Shown here: in pieces, positions 45,792 through 55,856 of the stretch | Layout: each line of letters opens with the position of its first letter | How positions within the stretch are numbered: position 1 is the first letter of the stretch | Source of the DNA: a virus | Direction: 5' to 3' (one strand) | Virus record (IMG/VR): IMGVR_UViG_3300027983_000009 | Span: 18,681-82,680 of that record | DNA: 64,000 bases | Position numbers and translations under genes: made by a program | The notes under the pieces: generated by a model | Databases searched by the model: none | What the model was told of the DNA's origin: nothing | What the model saw: only the letters and a program-made list of their open reading frames with translations

Positions 45792-46204
45792 GTGGGACGT
45801 TGCGAATGTCAAGCCTGCCAGAGGACATGCATAAACTGGTAGGAGATTTGCTTGAGGAGGTGCAGACTATAGAACTCGTAGGTAGTGGTGTAAACGTATA
45901 CGCAGACTTGGATCTGTGCGTGGTCCATACATCGCTTGAGCCGTACAGGCAGGATGCTGTAAATATGCTGGTAGAGTGGGGGCTGCCCGATCTTCGTAAA
46001 CTCTCGCAGTACTGTCAGGCTATGCAGGGAGGGGATGTATTCCCGCCGTTAGTTTTAATGTGCGAGTACGGACAGCTAGCAGACGGTTTTCACAGACTGG
46101 CTGCTATGTTGCTCCTCGGTATTACAACGCATCCGGCTATCTTGTTACAGGAGTCGCTGCAGATGAACAGCAACCAACAAAATGAAAGAGAGAAGCATGA
46201 GTAG
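45761..46204 (+). CDS. ParB/Srx-like N-terminal domain protein
   Basis: Y..AM..GDVFPPLVL…LADGFHRLAA. Confidence 0.65.
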   Translation: MPRQGVPAEVSGTLRMSSLPEDMHKLVGDLLEEVQTIELVGSGVNVYADLDLCVVHTSLEPYRQDAVNMLVEWGLPDLRKLSQYCQAMQGGDVFPPLVLMCEYGQLADGFHRLAAMLLLGITTHPAILLQESLQMNSNQQNEREKHE

Positions 46205-46556
46205 CGTCGTAAAACCAAAAGAGCTCACGTGGGTAGAGTGCGTAGGGTTGTTCTGTGGGACCCAGGATTGTACTCCGCTGCAGCTAGCAGGGGATCTGGA
46301 CAGACAGCGAAAAAAGTTTAACCCGACAGGGTGGGTACTGCTGGAATGTCAGCAGCTTGACTCCCGCTACATGGGCACACACACAATGGCTCCGTTCGGC
46401 CCAACCAACACATTCAAAGAGCCGCCTACCCGACCAGTCAGTCCGCGAGGGTTGTCTTCTGATATGAGTGTAGTGATCGGTATCTTGCTGGTGAAGGAAC
46501 TACCGATGCTGGCCACCACCACAGGAGCGGCCAGTGCCGAAGAACAAAAACCGTAA
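46197..46556 (+). CDS. Hypothetical protein
   Basis: ATG 46197 overlapping the previous gene. Confidence 0.6.
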   Translation: MSSVVKPKELTWVECVGLFCGTQDCTPLQLAGDLDRQRKKFNPTGWVLLECQQLDSRYMGTHTMAPFGPTNTFKEPPTRPVSPRGLSSDMSVVIGILLVKELPMLATTTGAASAEEQKP

Positions 46557-47085
46557 TAAGCCTCGTAAGAATTCGCACCACCGAAGATTTGTAAAACAGC
46601 GAGAGCCAGACAAGCGTAGAAATTCACTATTCCGGGTAGTGATCTACAAAGCTGACCTTAGTGTCATTACTGTAGGTACGGCTAACAATCTGGAGGTTGT
46701 ACTGCGACTGGCGGAGAGTCGGGATGTGTTTCGGCAAGTAGGCCCTGCCGAAGATCTCGTGGTAGAGCGGCAGGTCCACACACTAACCGCGGGGTTGCAG
46801 TGGCGACTGGATCGTGTAGTGAAGTACGCCACGGACAGACCCAGGTCTGCAGAGATCCTGAACGGTAGTCGGGTACGGGTGTACGATGGCCTGGATTTCA
46901 AAGACGACGTGAGTACTCCGGTAGGTATGCTGATGCGGCCGGCTACTGTCGTTTGCCGTTACGGCTGTAAGCGAGAGCTGGGCGGGGAGGTCTTTATGTA
47001 CCCAGATAATCTGGATGTCGTGTTTGACCACAGACCTAAACAGGTTTCACATGGCCACTTCACTGAAGGGGCTGAGTTACTTTAA
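46534..47085 (+). CDS. Hypothetical protein
   Basis: AGGAG RBS plus GTG. Confidence 0.6.
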   Translation: MPKNKNRNKPRKNSHHRRFVKQREPDKRRNSLFRVVIYKADLSVITVGTANNLEVVLRLAESRDVFRQVGPAEDLVVERQVHTLTAGLQWRLDRVVKYATDRPRSAEILNGSRVRVYDGLDFKDDVSTPVGMLMRPATVVCRYGCKRELGGEVFMYPDNLDVVFDHRPKQVSHGHFTEGAELL

Positions 47086-47097
47086 CTGGGAGCAGCC

Positions 47098-47283
47098 GTG
47101 GACATTGAAGCTAACTTGCGAGAGCAGCTAGAGCTTGCGGAAGAGATTACAGCGTTGTGGGATGTATGCCCGGAGAGTGGCGAACCCACAGCAGCACAGG
47201 TCGATAAAGTGTATCAAGCGGGAATAAGGTTGGCCGAGCTGGTCATAGCGGCCGACCTGTTTAATAACACGATTAAAGTTTAG
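47098..47283 (+). CDS. Hypothetical protein (MD..ANL.EQ)
   Basis: GGGAG RBS. Confidence 0.6.
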   Translation: MDIEANLREQLELAEEITALWDVCPESGEPTAAQVDKVYQAGIRLAELVIAADLFNNTIKV

Positions 47284-47297
47284 CGAGAAGGGTCACG

Positions 47298-47546
47298 ATG
47301 CTTATAAGGTACGTACACACTACTCGAGACAATGAGGATCACCGCCGGACACGAGACTTTGACAGGTGGCTGCATGAAAGTATTAACGCTGGCGGTATAG
47401 AGTGGCGGTTAAGGCAGCTGACAGCTGTTGTAGCCATACTGGTTACAACGCACCTGGAGCAGCACCCGCAGGATATTGGTAAGGTGGCTGACGCACTTGG
47501 TGACGACGGCCGAGATCACGAATTGTTACAAGACGAGCAAGGTTAA
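47298..47546 (+). CDS. Hypothetical protein
   Basis: 82-aa ORF in the co-oriented run. Confidence 0.55.
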   Translation: MLIRYVHTTRDNEDHRRTRDFDRWLHESINAGGIEWRLRQLTAVVAILVTTHLEQHPQDIGKVADALGDDGRDHELLQDEQG

Positions 47547-47726
47547 TAATCATGCAGGCAGTTTATATAAGTTTAGCTATTGCAGCCGCGATGCTGGCAG
47601 GCCTGGTCGCTCTCAGCTCCGGGGGTGTAGTGCAGATCGTTGTGTGTGTAACGATAGCGGCGTATCTGCTTGGTGTTCGTGACGTGCATCCGCGAAGACG
47701 CGATTAATTGTAGGGAGTGAGTTCTT

Positions 47727-48041
47727 ATGGCTTCTAAGCCAGAGTGGTGTTACCAAGGTGTTGTGTATGCGTCTATGGACGCTGTAAAACTAGGTAGTCG
47801 CTATACAGTGAGTGGCACTACATCAACGGGGGGAAAAGTAACTACAGTTCTCCCTGTTACGTCCCCGGCAGCTCGTGCACCCGGTGTAGAGTATAAGGCT
47901 GGTGTTATGCTTCAGCCAAAGTCTATCCAGTTTGTGGACGACTACGGCAACACGCATACCATCACGACAAGAAGGGTACCTCCGGCGTGGTGGCGGAAAT
48001 TTCGAGCATCATTACACGCGTCCGGTTTTCAGCAGGAGTAA
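47727..48041 (+). CDS. Hypothetical protein
   Basis: GGGAG RBS. Confidence 0.6.
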   Translation: MASKPEWCYQGVVYASMDAVKLGSRYTVSGTTSTGGKVTTVLPVTSPAARAPGVEYKAGVMLQPKSIQFVDDYGNTHTITTRRVPPAWWRKFRASLHASGFQQE

Positions 48042-48047
48042 AAAAAC

Positions 48048-48371
48048 ATGAAGACAAAGAAGCCAGTTACGGCGGTTAGAGCTCCAGCACGGCGCCTGCA
48101 ATCCATGCACCCAAGTGCAGCTGCAGCGGTAGCTAATCGGGCGGCCTACGAGTTGCGGGAAATAGTGCAACGAATGACGAGAGATTGTGACGCACCAGCT
48201 GGTGGCGAGCTGGAATCAGCGGAACGGGAAAGCATGATGGCTGCTGTCTATCTGCTGGTTCAGATTATCCACGAGGCAGACGGACCTTGGCAAAGTAAAA
48301 CTGTGCTACACTTAGCGGCAGCACTGTCGGGCAAGGATGTCGCTACCCAATCGGAATACATGTACAGCTAA
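48048..48371 (+). CDS. Hypothetical protein
   Basis: AGGAG RBS. Confidence 0.6.
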   Translation: MKTKKPVTAVRAPARRLQSMHPSAAAAVANRAAYELREIVQRMTRDCDAPAGGELESAERESMMAAVYLLVQIIHEADGPWQSKTVLHLAAALSGKDVATQSEYMYS

Positions 48372-48383
48372 CGGGAGATTACC

Positions 48384-48977
48384 GTGGCAAGTCGCAGCCC
48401 CAGATCGAGACGGAGACGTCACCGCCGCAGAGCCGGTGTCAAACCTGCCTGTTGTGTGAGTACTGCCAGGCTTGTCCGAGTGTGGTGTGATGCGTCCTTC
48501 TGCAGTGTGGGGTCGCTTAGTGTTGGGGCAATCAGTATCGATGGGCAACCTGTGCAACTAGTTAGGTTCTTTGCAGGGTCCAGCGTGCAGGCGGAGGTGT
48601 TAACCCTACTGTTTGCTGCATTGTTCGCCCCGCACGGCAGCCTGATTTACTCAGACCTGCGGGACGTTACAAACATTATCCGCAAAAAGCACTGTGTGTA
48701 TGTGATGCTAACTAAGGTGCTGACTGCGAGACAGCATATTTTGCGGTACTGTAAACCGAACCTCCGCGCAGCTGTGTACGAGGAGTGCCACCTGTCTGCG
48801 AGCTCGGAAGCTAGACGGTTAATTCAAATAGCTAGAGGGTTATGGCGAGTCAAACATGCAGATCACGTTGAGAGCCAAGAGGGGGAGGGTGGGTGTATTT
48901 GCGAGGTTCGCAGCACCGTGGAAGGAGATTTATCTGCGGCCGGGTCAACCAGATTGTACTGCAGCGATAGTAGATGA
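48384..48977 (+). CDS. Divergent RNase H-like protein
   Basis: VWCDASF…SSVQAEVLTL…IYSD match RNase HI acidic-site spacing. Confidence 0.5.
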   Translation: MASRSPRSRRRRHRRRAGVKPACCVSTARLVRVWCDASFCSVGSLSVGAISIDGQPVQLVRFFAGSSVQAEVLTLLFAALFAPHGSLIYSDLRDVTNIIRKKHCVYVMLTKVLTARQHILRYCKPNLRAAVYEECHLSASSEARRLIQIARGLWRVKHADHVESQEGEGGCICEVRSTVEGDLSAAGSTRLYCSDSR

Positions 48978-49121
48978 CCGAGGTATGGTGATTGTCGAAG
49001 AGTTAAAAAATAGGCAGCTATACCAAGTCACCTTGACGCTATACAACGCATCTGTAGTGGGAATACTAGGGAACGATCGTTGGGCTATAGCTGACCGTGC
49101 AGGCTTACCAGGGGAGACACA

Positions 49122-49535
49122 GTGACAGAGAAGTACCTCAGGGTGATACCCCGAGACCTATTTAACGAGGCGACACTATTGAAGTGTCTAGGTCAGCTGA
49201 CCTTGTGTATTTATGACGAGTGGTGCCAGCACAGCAACGTAGGTCTGGTACGCTTCAAGCTTGAGGTCGTGCAACGAGCACCGAAGTCTGGGTTCCGAAT
49301 AGCTCAGAACAGCAGTGATGGCAGCATCTATTGCAGCAACCTGATGATACGCAGTCACGGCATAGTGCTGTCTATTAGGTGCCCACTGAATGCTCGTGGT
49401 AGGTATCCGTTATTCGTAACGGCAGAAGACATCGAGGAGTTCACAGAGGAAGACGTAGATGTGTTCGCCTATGATTCGCCAGCCATCAGCCAAGAGTTCG
49501 TACGGCTGCTTGCTAGGATTGCGGTAGATAAATAA
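49122..49535 (+). CDS. Conserved phage protein (Y.RVIPRDLFNEA.LLKCLGQL)
   Basis: GGGGAG RBS; recognisable motif. Confidence 0.7.
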   Translation: MTEKYLRVIPRDLFNEATLLKCLGQLTLCIYDEWCQHSNVGLVRFKLEVVQRAPKSGFRIAQNSSDGSIYCSNLMIRSHGIVLSIRCPLNARGRYPLFVTAEDIEEFTEEDVDVFAYDSPAISQEFVRLLARIAVDK

Positions 49536-49575
49536 GGGGGGTACACTCCTGTATTCTACTCACAGGAGATAGCCC

Positions 49576-49866
49576 ATGACTGAGTTTGAGCGGATAGGTA
49601 AGCAGTTAGGTAAAACAGCCGGAGAAGCGATTGCAGCGACAGTGATGCCGGTGCGGTCGACTGTTCGCACATATGCCAAACCCGGCAAGAAGCCTATGCC
49701 GCAACCGGCTTATCGTAAGCAGGCATCGGGTGTGTTTGATTCGTTACTGTACCCAGACAGGCCGCCGGCACCTAAAGCATCAACCAAGGGTAGGCAGCAG
49801 CCCGCTAAAGCGAGCGGACCGGTGCAGGTTGTGAAAAAAATAAACACAAAAGGTGGTGAAAAGTGA
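49576..49866 (+). CDS. Basic hypothetical protein (F..IGKQLGKTA)
   Basis: AGGAG RBS. Confidence 0.6.
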   Translation: MTEFERIGKQLGKTAGEAIAATVMPVRSTVRTYAKPGKKPMPQPAYRKQASGVFDSLLYPDRPPAPKASTKGRQQPAKASGPVQVVKKINTKGGEK

Positions 49867-50072
49867 GTTCGGAGATCGTAGCAATACAAGGTACGACTAC
49901 AGTGGTGCGCAGCACGGCGAAAGCCGGCTGTTTCAGATTGAGCACAGGTAGAGAAGTGTGGCTACCGTGGTCTGCTGTAGATGATGGCAGTGTAGACAAA
50001 GACGGGGCAACCGGTACGCTGTACGCGAAGCAGTGGTTGGCAGATAAGGAGAGTCTACCATATGGGGACTAA
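49863..50072 (+). CDS. Small phage protein (T.KA…EVWLP.S…WLA.K)
   Basis: GTGA overlap. Confidence 0.65.
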   Translation: MSSEIVAIQGTTTVVRSTAKAGCFRLSTGREVWLPWSAVDDGSVDKDGATGTLYAKQWLADKESLPYGD

Positions 50073-50246
50073 AGGGCGGCACAGGAGAGCGGCAGGCTCC
50101 CCGCTAGCTGCAGGTCAGAAGGTTATGCTGGGTCTTGGCGTGACGCCCAGCATCAAGAAGCTGGAAGCAAAGTTAGGTATCAGTGTTTTCACGGTGGCCA
50201 GCACATTCAAGGCAATCGCCCCGCACAACAAGAGTGGGTGGTGTGC

Positions 50247-50702
50247 TCACCTGAGCGAGCTGTCAGCTATATCGCTCGAGAGTGTAGTGCTTGATGTCGC
50301 AGATCTTGTGCTTTCTGACATGTGATATCGTTTAATCTCAGTGAATTCCGGCTGTTGCACGTGTGCCGAGATAGCATTCTTGATCGCGACACGTCGGAAG
50401 TTCACTTCGCGAATGTGTAGAGCCCGCCGACCGATGGCGTCCAGTGTAGCTCCATCATCAACTCCGGCTTTAAGTGCAGCTTCTGCATCCCAGCCTGATG
50501 AGTTGATTTCAAGCAAGGTGGCCAGCAGGTGCTGCAACACTGCATCATCTGCTGCAACACCCTTTTCATAGTAAGAGATCTGCGCACGTAGCAGGTCATA
50601 TTCTGCCGAGGTGAGAGACAACTTCTTCAGGCGGATCTTTGCAATTGTAAGTCGGTCACACAATTCTGCGACCGGCATTGGTATAGGTACGCAATTTGAC
50701 AT
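50247..50702 (-). CDS. DUF6165-like protein
   Basis: P.AEL.DRLTI..I…L.EIN…WD.E…N.RR..IKN.I. Confidence 0.65.
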   Translation of the reverse strand: MSNCVPIPMPVAELCDRLTIAKIRLKKLSLTSAEYDLLRAQISYYEKGVAADDAVLQHLLATLLEINSSGWDAEAALKAGVDDGATLDAIGRRALHIREVNFRRVAIKNAISAHVQQPEFTEIKRYHMSESTRSATSSTTLSSDIADSSLR

Positions 50703-50713
50703 GAGGGGTCCCT

Positions 50714-52162
50714 ATGAGTGATTCAGTTTTTGTAGATGGCAATCTCCCTGTACAGTATTCGTCTGCAGAGGAGCTTGCAACCCTGCTTGAGCGGGCGGTA
50801 CCGGAGATAGAGTCTCTGCAGCGGCAGCTTCGTGAGCTGCTCCAGCGACTCAGTGATGGGTTTAATACGACGAGCTTTCATGGGGGTATTCAAGTCTGTG
50901 GAGTGGGTGACCCGATACAGATTCGCCGAGAGCTAAAGCGGGCAGCGTGGCGGGTTATTTTTGACAAGCTGGATATACAGCCATATTACAGCCTGAAGAG
51001 GCTGAAGAAGATGCACGAGGCACTGTCTGCGGACGTCGACAAGCGTGGCCCTGATAGCGAGGGAATAGATACGATGCCGGATATCACCGCAGAGAGTATG
51101 CGGCAGATTGTCAGCGGCATCCGGGTAGACCGGGACATGTACATCACAGAAAAAGTCTGCGAGGTCTACCAGAAGATGAAGCCATCGCTTCGGGATCAGT
51201 ACAAGACGAATATCCGCAACCGGTGGAAGCTGAGCGACAAGGTGCTGTTCTCGAACATGGTTAGCCTGCACTCCGGCTCCCAGTTCAGTATAAGCTGCAC
51301 CACCAATACCAGCATGTTGCACGGGCTGGATATTGCGATGCATTATTTTGACGGTAAACCCGTTCCGACCGGGTACAGATCCCCCCTGATGGAGGAGCTG
51401 CACATGAATAACGGGAAAGGTGAGACAGAGTACTTCTCGTTCAGATGCTTTAAGAATAGAGCACTACACCTGAAGTTACTGCGGTCGGATCTTGTTGCTT
51501 TGTTTAACCAACGCTGCGGGCACCCTAGGGCGCTACCAGGTCGAACAGAAGATCCGTATCAGGCTGGTGATTTGGAGTACGACTTCACTCACATCGCACC
51601 AGGTACAGATTACGAGCTGTTTGAGACACCTCAAGAGCTGGCTGAGGAGATGTGCGACATCGCAGATGTCAGCCGACACGACAGGGTACTCGAACCGTCC
51701 TGCGGTAAGTTACGGATTGCGTTTGCGGCAGCAAAGCGGGGTGCGCTGGTGCACGGCTACGAGTTGCAGCAACAACTTACGACGACGAGTAAGGTGTACG
51801 AAATGTGCTATAAAGCTGGTTACGATGAGCTGTATACCAGCATCTGTGTGCAGAAGGCGGATTTCCTGAAAACGGTATCGTCGGAGTACATGGAGTACGA
51901 CAGCGTGTTGATGAACCCGCCGTTTTCTCGCGGGAGAGCTGCAGCCCATATCCGGCATGCCTGGTCGTTCCTGAAGACTGGCGGTGTGTTGGTGGCCATA
52001 GCGGACGCCGGTATCACATTCCGGCAACGGTCTGCAGACACGGAGTTCCGAGCGTGGCTGGACAGCATTAACTCCGAGGTGCTAGAGCTACCAGCTGGGG
52101 CATTCAAGGAATCTGGCACAAGTGTTAACGCTGTGCTGCTGATACTAAGAAAGTACACATGA
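50714..52162 (+). CDS. DUF4942 domain plus amino-type (N6-adenine-like) SAM DNA methyltransferase
   Basis: ETEYFSFRCFKNRALHL; FETP…VLEPSCG, DFL, VLMNPPF, LPAGAFKESGTSV. Confidence 0.85.
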   Translation: MSDSVFVDGNLPVQYSSAEELATLLERAVPEIESLQRQLRELLQRLSDGFNTTSFHGGIQVCGVGDPIQIRRELKRAAWRVIFDKLDIQPYYSLKRLKKMHEALSADVDKRGPDSEGIDTMPDITAESMRQIVSGIRVDRDMYITEKVCEVYQKMKPSLRDQYKTNIRNRWKLSDKVLFSNMVSLHSGSQFSISCTTNTSMLHGLDIAMHYFDGKPVPTGYRSPLMEELHMNNGKGETEYFSFRCFKNRALHLKLLRSDLVALFNQRCGHPRALPGRTEDPYQAGDLEYDFTHIAPGTDYELFETPQELAEEMCDIADVSRHDRVLEPSCGKLRIAFAAAKRGALVHGYELQQQLTTTSKVYEMCYKAGYDELYTSICVQKADFLKTVSSEYMEYDSVLMNPPFSRGRAAAHIRHAWSFLKTGGVLVAIADAGITFRQRSADTEFRAWLDSINSEVLELPAGAFKESGTSVNAVLLILRKYT

Positions 52163-52944
52163 CTAATAGACCGGCAGTTAAATTGGCAGATAGGAAATAC
52201 CTTCAGAAACTAAAAAAGGAGGGCCGGCTTCGCGGCACGGTAGACGAAGCACTACAAAAGCGAGGAGGTAGAGCTAGAAGACGATCGGATTACGAAATCT
52301 GGTGCGAAAAGCGGAGCCTGCGGCTACCTAGAGTTGTGTTAGCTGTTGGCGACGATACATCAGCGAGGTTGAGTAGCCTCGCACGTGCTATGTACCCCCG
52401 CAGACAGCGATGGGTTCACAACGTTGTAGCTACAAACAACCATAAAGATAAGCAGCTGGATATCACAGCAGAGTCTGATGGTAGGTACTCCAGCAGATGT
52501 ACCTATAAGAAAGTTAACTATGTGTTGTCTATCCGGTCGTTTTGTGTAGTGGGCAGACACAGACTTCTCTACTTCCATGGTGACGGACATACAGCAATCA
52601 GGCTACCTAAAGGGTTCTACTTCACCGCTTTTGGGGGGTTCTTGAATGTTCGCAGCGAGTTAAAGAAGTACGCTGCACAGTTCTTGCGCATACCGACTGG
52701 GGATAGACTTCTCCACATCGGCAGATGTAGTAAGACAGTTTTACGGAACGCATTTGAAGTAAAGCTGATGGACGCGGAGGAGGAGCGCAACAAGGGGCGA
52801 CTAGAGAGGAAAATGAAGAAGACGATGCTCAGACTCAGCAAAACAAAGATATCTGTGCGGTGTGTGTTTGCTGGTACAAGTGTTACACTCGTACGCGTAC
52901 CAACGCAGCCAGACAAGAGTTGCGTGATCATCGAGGGGCTATAG
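52159..52944 (+). CDS. Basic hypothetical protein
   Basis: 261 aa, ATGA overlap. Confidence 0.6.
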   Translation: MTNRPAVKLADRKYLQKLKKEGRLRGTVDEALQKRGGRARRRSDYEIWCEKRSLRLPRVVLAVGDDTSARLSSLARAMYPRRQRWVHNVVATNNHKDKQLDITAESDGRYSSRCTYKKVNYVLSIRSFCVVGRHRLLYFHGDGHTAIRLPKGFYFTAFGGFLNVRSELKKYAAQFLRIPTGDRLLHIGRCSKTVLRNAFEVKLMDAEEERNKGRLERKMKKTMLRLSKTKISVRCVFAGTSVTLVRVPTQPDKSCVIIEGL

Positions 52945-53246
52945 TATGCAAATAACACTACAGCCTCCTGTACTACCAAGAACCGCACTAGGTGATAAAA
53001 ATCAGTTAGTGCGACTGGCTGGGATACCGCAGCACGATAAGAGCTATAACCGCATTGCTGTTCTGACTAGAAGAACAGAAGACGGTACTAGCTACGGTAC
53101 ATGGGTGTTTATGGGGTGGAGCTACGGCATGCGTAACATATCGTGGGGTGAGTGGATGCATGTTTTTCTAGTTATGCGTGGGGAGTTATCTAAAAACCTT
53201 CCGGTTTACTATTACGCAACCGAAGCAGAGGATGAAAGAAGTACAA

Positions 53247-54098
53247 ATGACTACGAAAAAGAAAACGAAACGAACTACCAAAAAGGCGACCCTGCCGACA
53301 GGTATCGGTCCGCACGAGATCGTGCAGCCCTTTAACGAGCAGTTCAAGTTCCCCGGTGGCGGCAAAAGCATTACGTTTGACGCAGAGAGTTACACAGCTT
53401 GGCTGCATACCGTGTTACCGGTAGTAAAAGATTTGACGCCGTGCAGCGGACTAACCATGGAGGTGATTGCAGAGAACGGTGTCCCTGTAGGCGACTACTT
53501 GTTGTATGCTCGCGAGATGCCGTTGTGGTACTGGGGCTCTTATTGGGGTGGTATTGGTTTCGCTACGTTGCCTAGTGAAAACCAGTACGCGAAAAGGTTA
53601 ACGCTGCAGATCTACCGTGGCACAACGTCTGCGAATATTGGGTTCTCGGCCCCTGTGGTGATACCTGTGTTGTGCGAGAAGCGGTACGGTATGCCGGAAG
53701 TGTGGATGTCGCTGACACCTAATGAGATCCTAACTCTTCGTGGGCAGGTTCGCCGAGCTCGTGGTATTGTGGGTGTGGCAGGGCTGGGACTTGGTTGGGT
53801 GGTTCGCAGGATACTGGAGAGGCCAACAGTCAAGAAAGTGACTGTGGTAGAGCGTAATTCTGCGGTTATTGAGATGTTCGGTACACCGCTACTGCGGGAG
53901 TTCGGTGATCGGCTGCAGATTGTTAATGAGGACGCTTACGCGCACGACTGGCACCAGTATGATGTCTCACTGTGGGATATCTGGCCAGGGTACGGTGACG
54001 CAGATTTTGACAACCTGTTCACTGAGATTCGCAACAGCCTTCGCAAGGCCGGTAAGGTGTGTGTGGGTTGGGGTGACAAACTTCACGGAGTGAGCTGA
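53247..54098 (+). CDS. Class I SAM methyltransferase-like protein (spermidine synthase-like fold)
   Basis: VWMS.TP.E…G.VGVAGLGLG…VTVVE…DAY…DIW. Confidence 0.75.
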   Translation: MTTKKKTKRTTKKATLPTGIGPHEIVQPFNEQFKFPGGGKSITFDAESYTAWLHTVLPVVKDLTPCSGLTMEVIAENGVPVGDYLLYAREMPLWYWGSYWGGIGFATLPSENQYAKRLTLQIYRGTTSANIGFSAPVVIPVLCEKRYGMPEVWMSLTPNEILTLRGQVRRARGIVGVAGLGLGWVVRRILERPTVKKVTVVERNSAVIEMFGTPLLREFGDRLQIVNEDAYAHDWHQYDVSLWDIWPGYGDADFDNLFTEIRNSLRKAGKVCVGWGDKLHGVS

Positions 54099-54751
54099 TG
54101 CGAGTTCTAGTGAGTTGCGAATGTTCGGGAATAGTGAGGGATGCGTTTATCGCCAACGGGCACGACGCCTGGAGCTGCGACTTCAAACCGAGCGAGCGAT
54201 CAGGTCCTCACTTGCAGTGCGACGTCTTAACTGTGTTGGATCAGGGTTGGGATCTGTGCATTAACCACCCAGACTGCACCTTTCTGACGATATCTGCGGC
54301 GTGGGCCTACACAGACGGCCCATACCATCAGAAGGTCAAACCGGGTACGCTGGTTGGGGAGCCGAGACGGCAAGCTCGTCGAGAGGCGATTCAGTTTGTG
54401 CGACAATTGTGGAATGCCCCAATTCCTCACATAGTCATCGAGAACCCTATCGGTGTACTGTCTGCGGAGTTGGGCAAGCCGCAGATAGTGCAGCCGTGGC
54501 AATTCGGTGACGACGCCAGCAAGGCGACATGTTTGTGGCTGAAAGGCGTACCACCACTACAGCTGGACCCGGCGGCAGCATGCCTGCCCAGGTTCGTTAT
54601 GCATAACGGGAAGCTGTGCAAGCGATGGGCGAATCAAACTGACTCCGGCCAGAATAGGTTAGCACCGTCAGCGAACAGGTCAGCAGATCGGGCGAGGACG
54701 TACCCGAGTCTGGCTAGAGCTATGGCAGAACAGTGGGGGCGGTTGCAGTAA
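54098..54751 (+). CDS. Phage DNA cytosine methyltransferase-like protein
   Basis: VLVSCECSG.VRDAF, HPDCT, IENP, QPWQFG…K.TCLWL, R..TYP..A.AMAEQWG. Confidence 0.8.
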   Translation: MRVLVSCECSGIVRDAFIANGHDAWSCDFKPSERSGPHLQCDVLTVLDQGWDLCINHPDCTFLTISAAWAYTDGPYHQKVKPGTLVGEPRRQARREAIQFVRQLWNAPIPHIVIENPIGVLSAELGKPQIVQPWQFGDDASKATCLWLKGVPPLQLDPAAACLPRFVMHNGKLCKRWANQTDSGQNRLAPSANRSADRARTYPSLARAMAEQWGRLQ

Positions 54752-54775
54752 TGTAGTGCGACATGCTACAGTGTC

Positions 54776-54829
54776 AGGATCTCAGCTGGGTCGGGTGTAA
54801 TACCTGACCAGCTGTTATCCTTTTTTTTT
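54776..54829 (+). terminator. Intrinsic terminator
   Basis: Long stem CAGCTGGGTCGGGT/ACCTGACCAGCTG followed by T9. Confidence 0.75.
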
Positions 54830-54854
54830 AGCTATCAGAGATCCGAGAGTACTT

Positions 54855-55856
54855 ATGACTACTGAAGATCAAGCGATCGCCAAGATGATCGCACCCGGGA
54901 CCAAGCGTAAGAAGATTTGGCGAAATGGTGTGTTGCAGATTTTCATAACTAGAGCCTGCGATAAGAAGTGCTTTCACTGCACACAGAACTCGCAGATGGC
55001 CGGAGCCGCGGCAAAGATAACCCCAGAACAGTTGCGGCAGGCGTTAGAGTCGCTGAACTTCAAAGACGGCACCAGACCTTACTTCGGTGTCGTAGGCGCA
55101 TTTGGCGGAAATCCCCCCCTTCACCCACAGTTCGAAGAGCTCTGCAGCATTTTTCGGGAGTATGTACCCTTTGAGCAGCGAGGGATCTGGAGCAATCACC
55201 CACGCGGTCAGGGTGCGATTATGCGGCAGACCTTCAACCCGAAGGTCTCTAACTTGAATGTCCACGAGAGTAAAGAAGCTTACGACGAATTCGCCGCATC
55301 GTGGCCTGAGTGCAAGTCTGAGCTCAAGGGGTTAAAGGCGGACTCGCGACACACCCCGGCACTGGTAGCTATGCAGGATCTGGATGTGCTCCCTGGTGGT
55401 GTAGAGAACACAGAAGCTAACCGGCTTACGCTGATTGCAGACTGTGATATCAACAAGTACTGGTCTGCAATGATCTGCCCTGTGCGGAACGAGCTGCGAG
55501 CCTTTTTCTGCGAGTTAGCAGCCGCGCAAGCCATGCTGCACCAGAATAATCAGAACTGGATGGGTACAGGGCAGCCTATGCCAGATACCGGCCTGCCAGT
55601 TACCCCAGGTTGGTGGCGAGAGCCGATGGAGAGCTTCCGGCAGCAGGTAAGAGTGCACTGTCATGCGTGCGGTATCCCGTTGCGTGGTTACGGAGCACTA
55701 GCGAATGCTGGACCGCACGAGCAGATCAGCGAGACGCACATGGGTGTTTCTCGTATGAAAGACAGCCGGCAGATCATGCAGATCACCCAGCTCGTACAGC
55801 TGGGTGCTGACTATCTGGGAAAAGCAACAGACTACATCGAGAACGGGGGAGTTTAG
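54855..55856 (+). CDS. Radical SAM protein
   Basis: ITRACDKKCFHC (CxxxCxxC), FGGNPPLHP, C-terminal HCHACG. Confidence 0.85.
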   Translation: MTTEDQAIAKMIAPGTKRKKIWRNGVLQIFITRACDKKCFHCTQNSQMAGAAAKITPEQLRQALESLNFKDGTRPYFGVVGAFGGNPPLHPQFEELCSIFREYVPFEQRGIWSNHPRGQGAIMRQTFNPKVSNLNVHESKEAYDEFAASWPECKSELKGLKADSRHTPALVAMQDLDVLPGGVENTEANRLTLIADCDINKYWSAMICPVRNELRAFFCELAAAQAMLHQNNQNWMGTGQPMPDTGLPVTPGWWREPMESFRQQVRVHCHACGIPLRGYGALANAGPHEQISETHMGVSRMKDSRQIMQITQLVQLGADYLGKATDYIENGGV

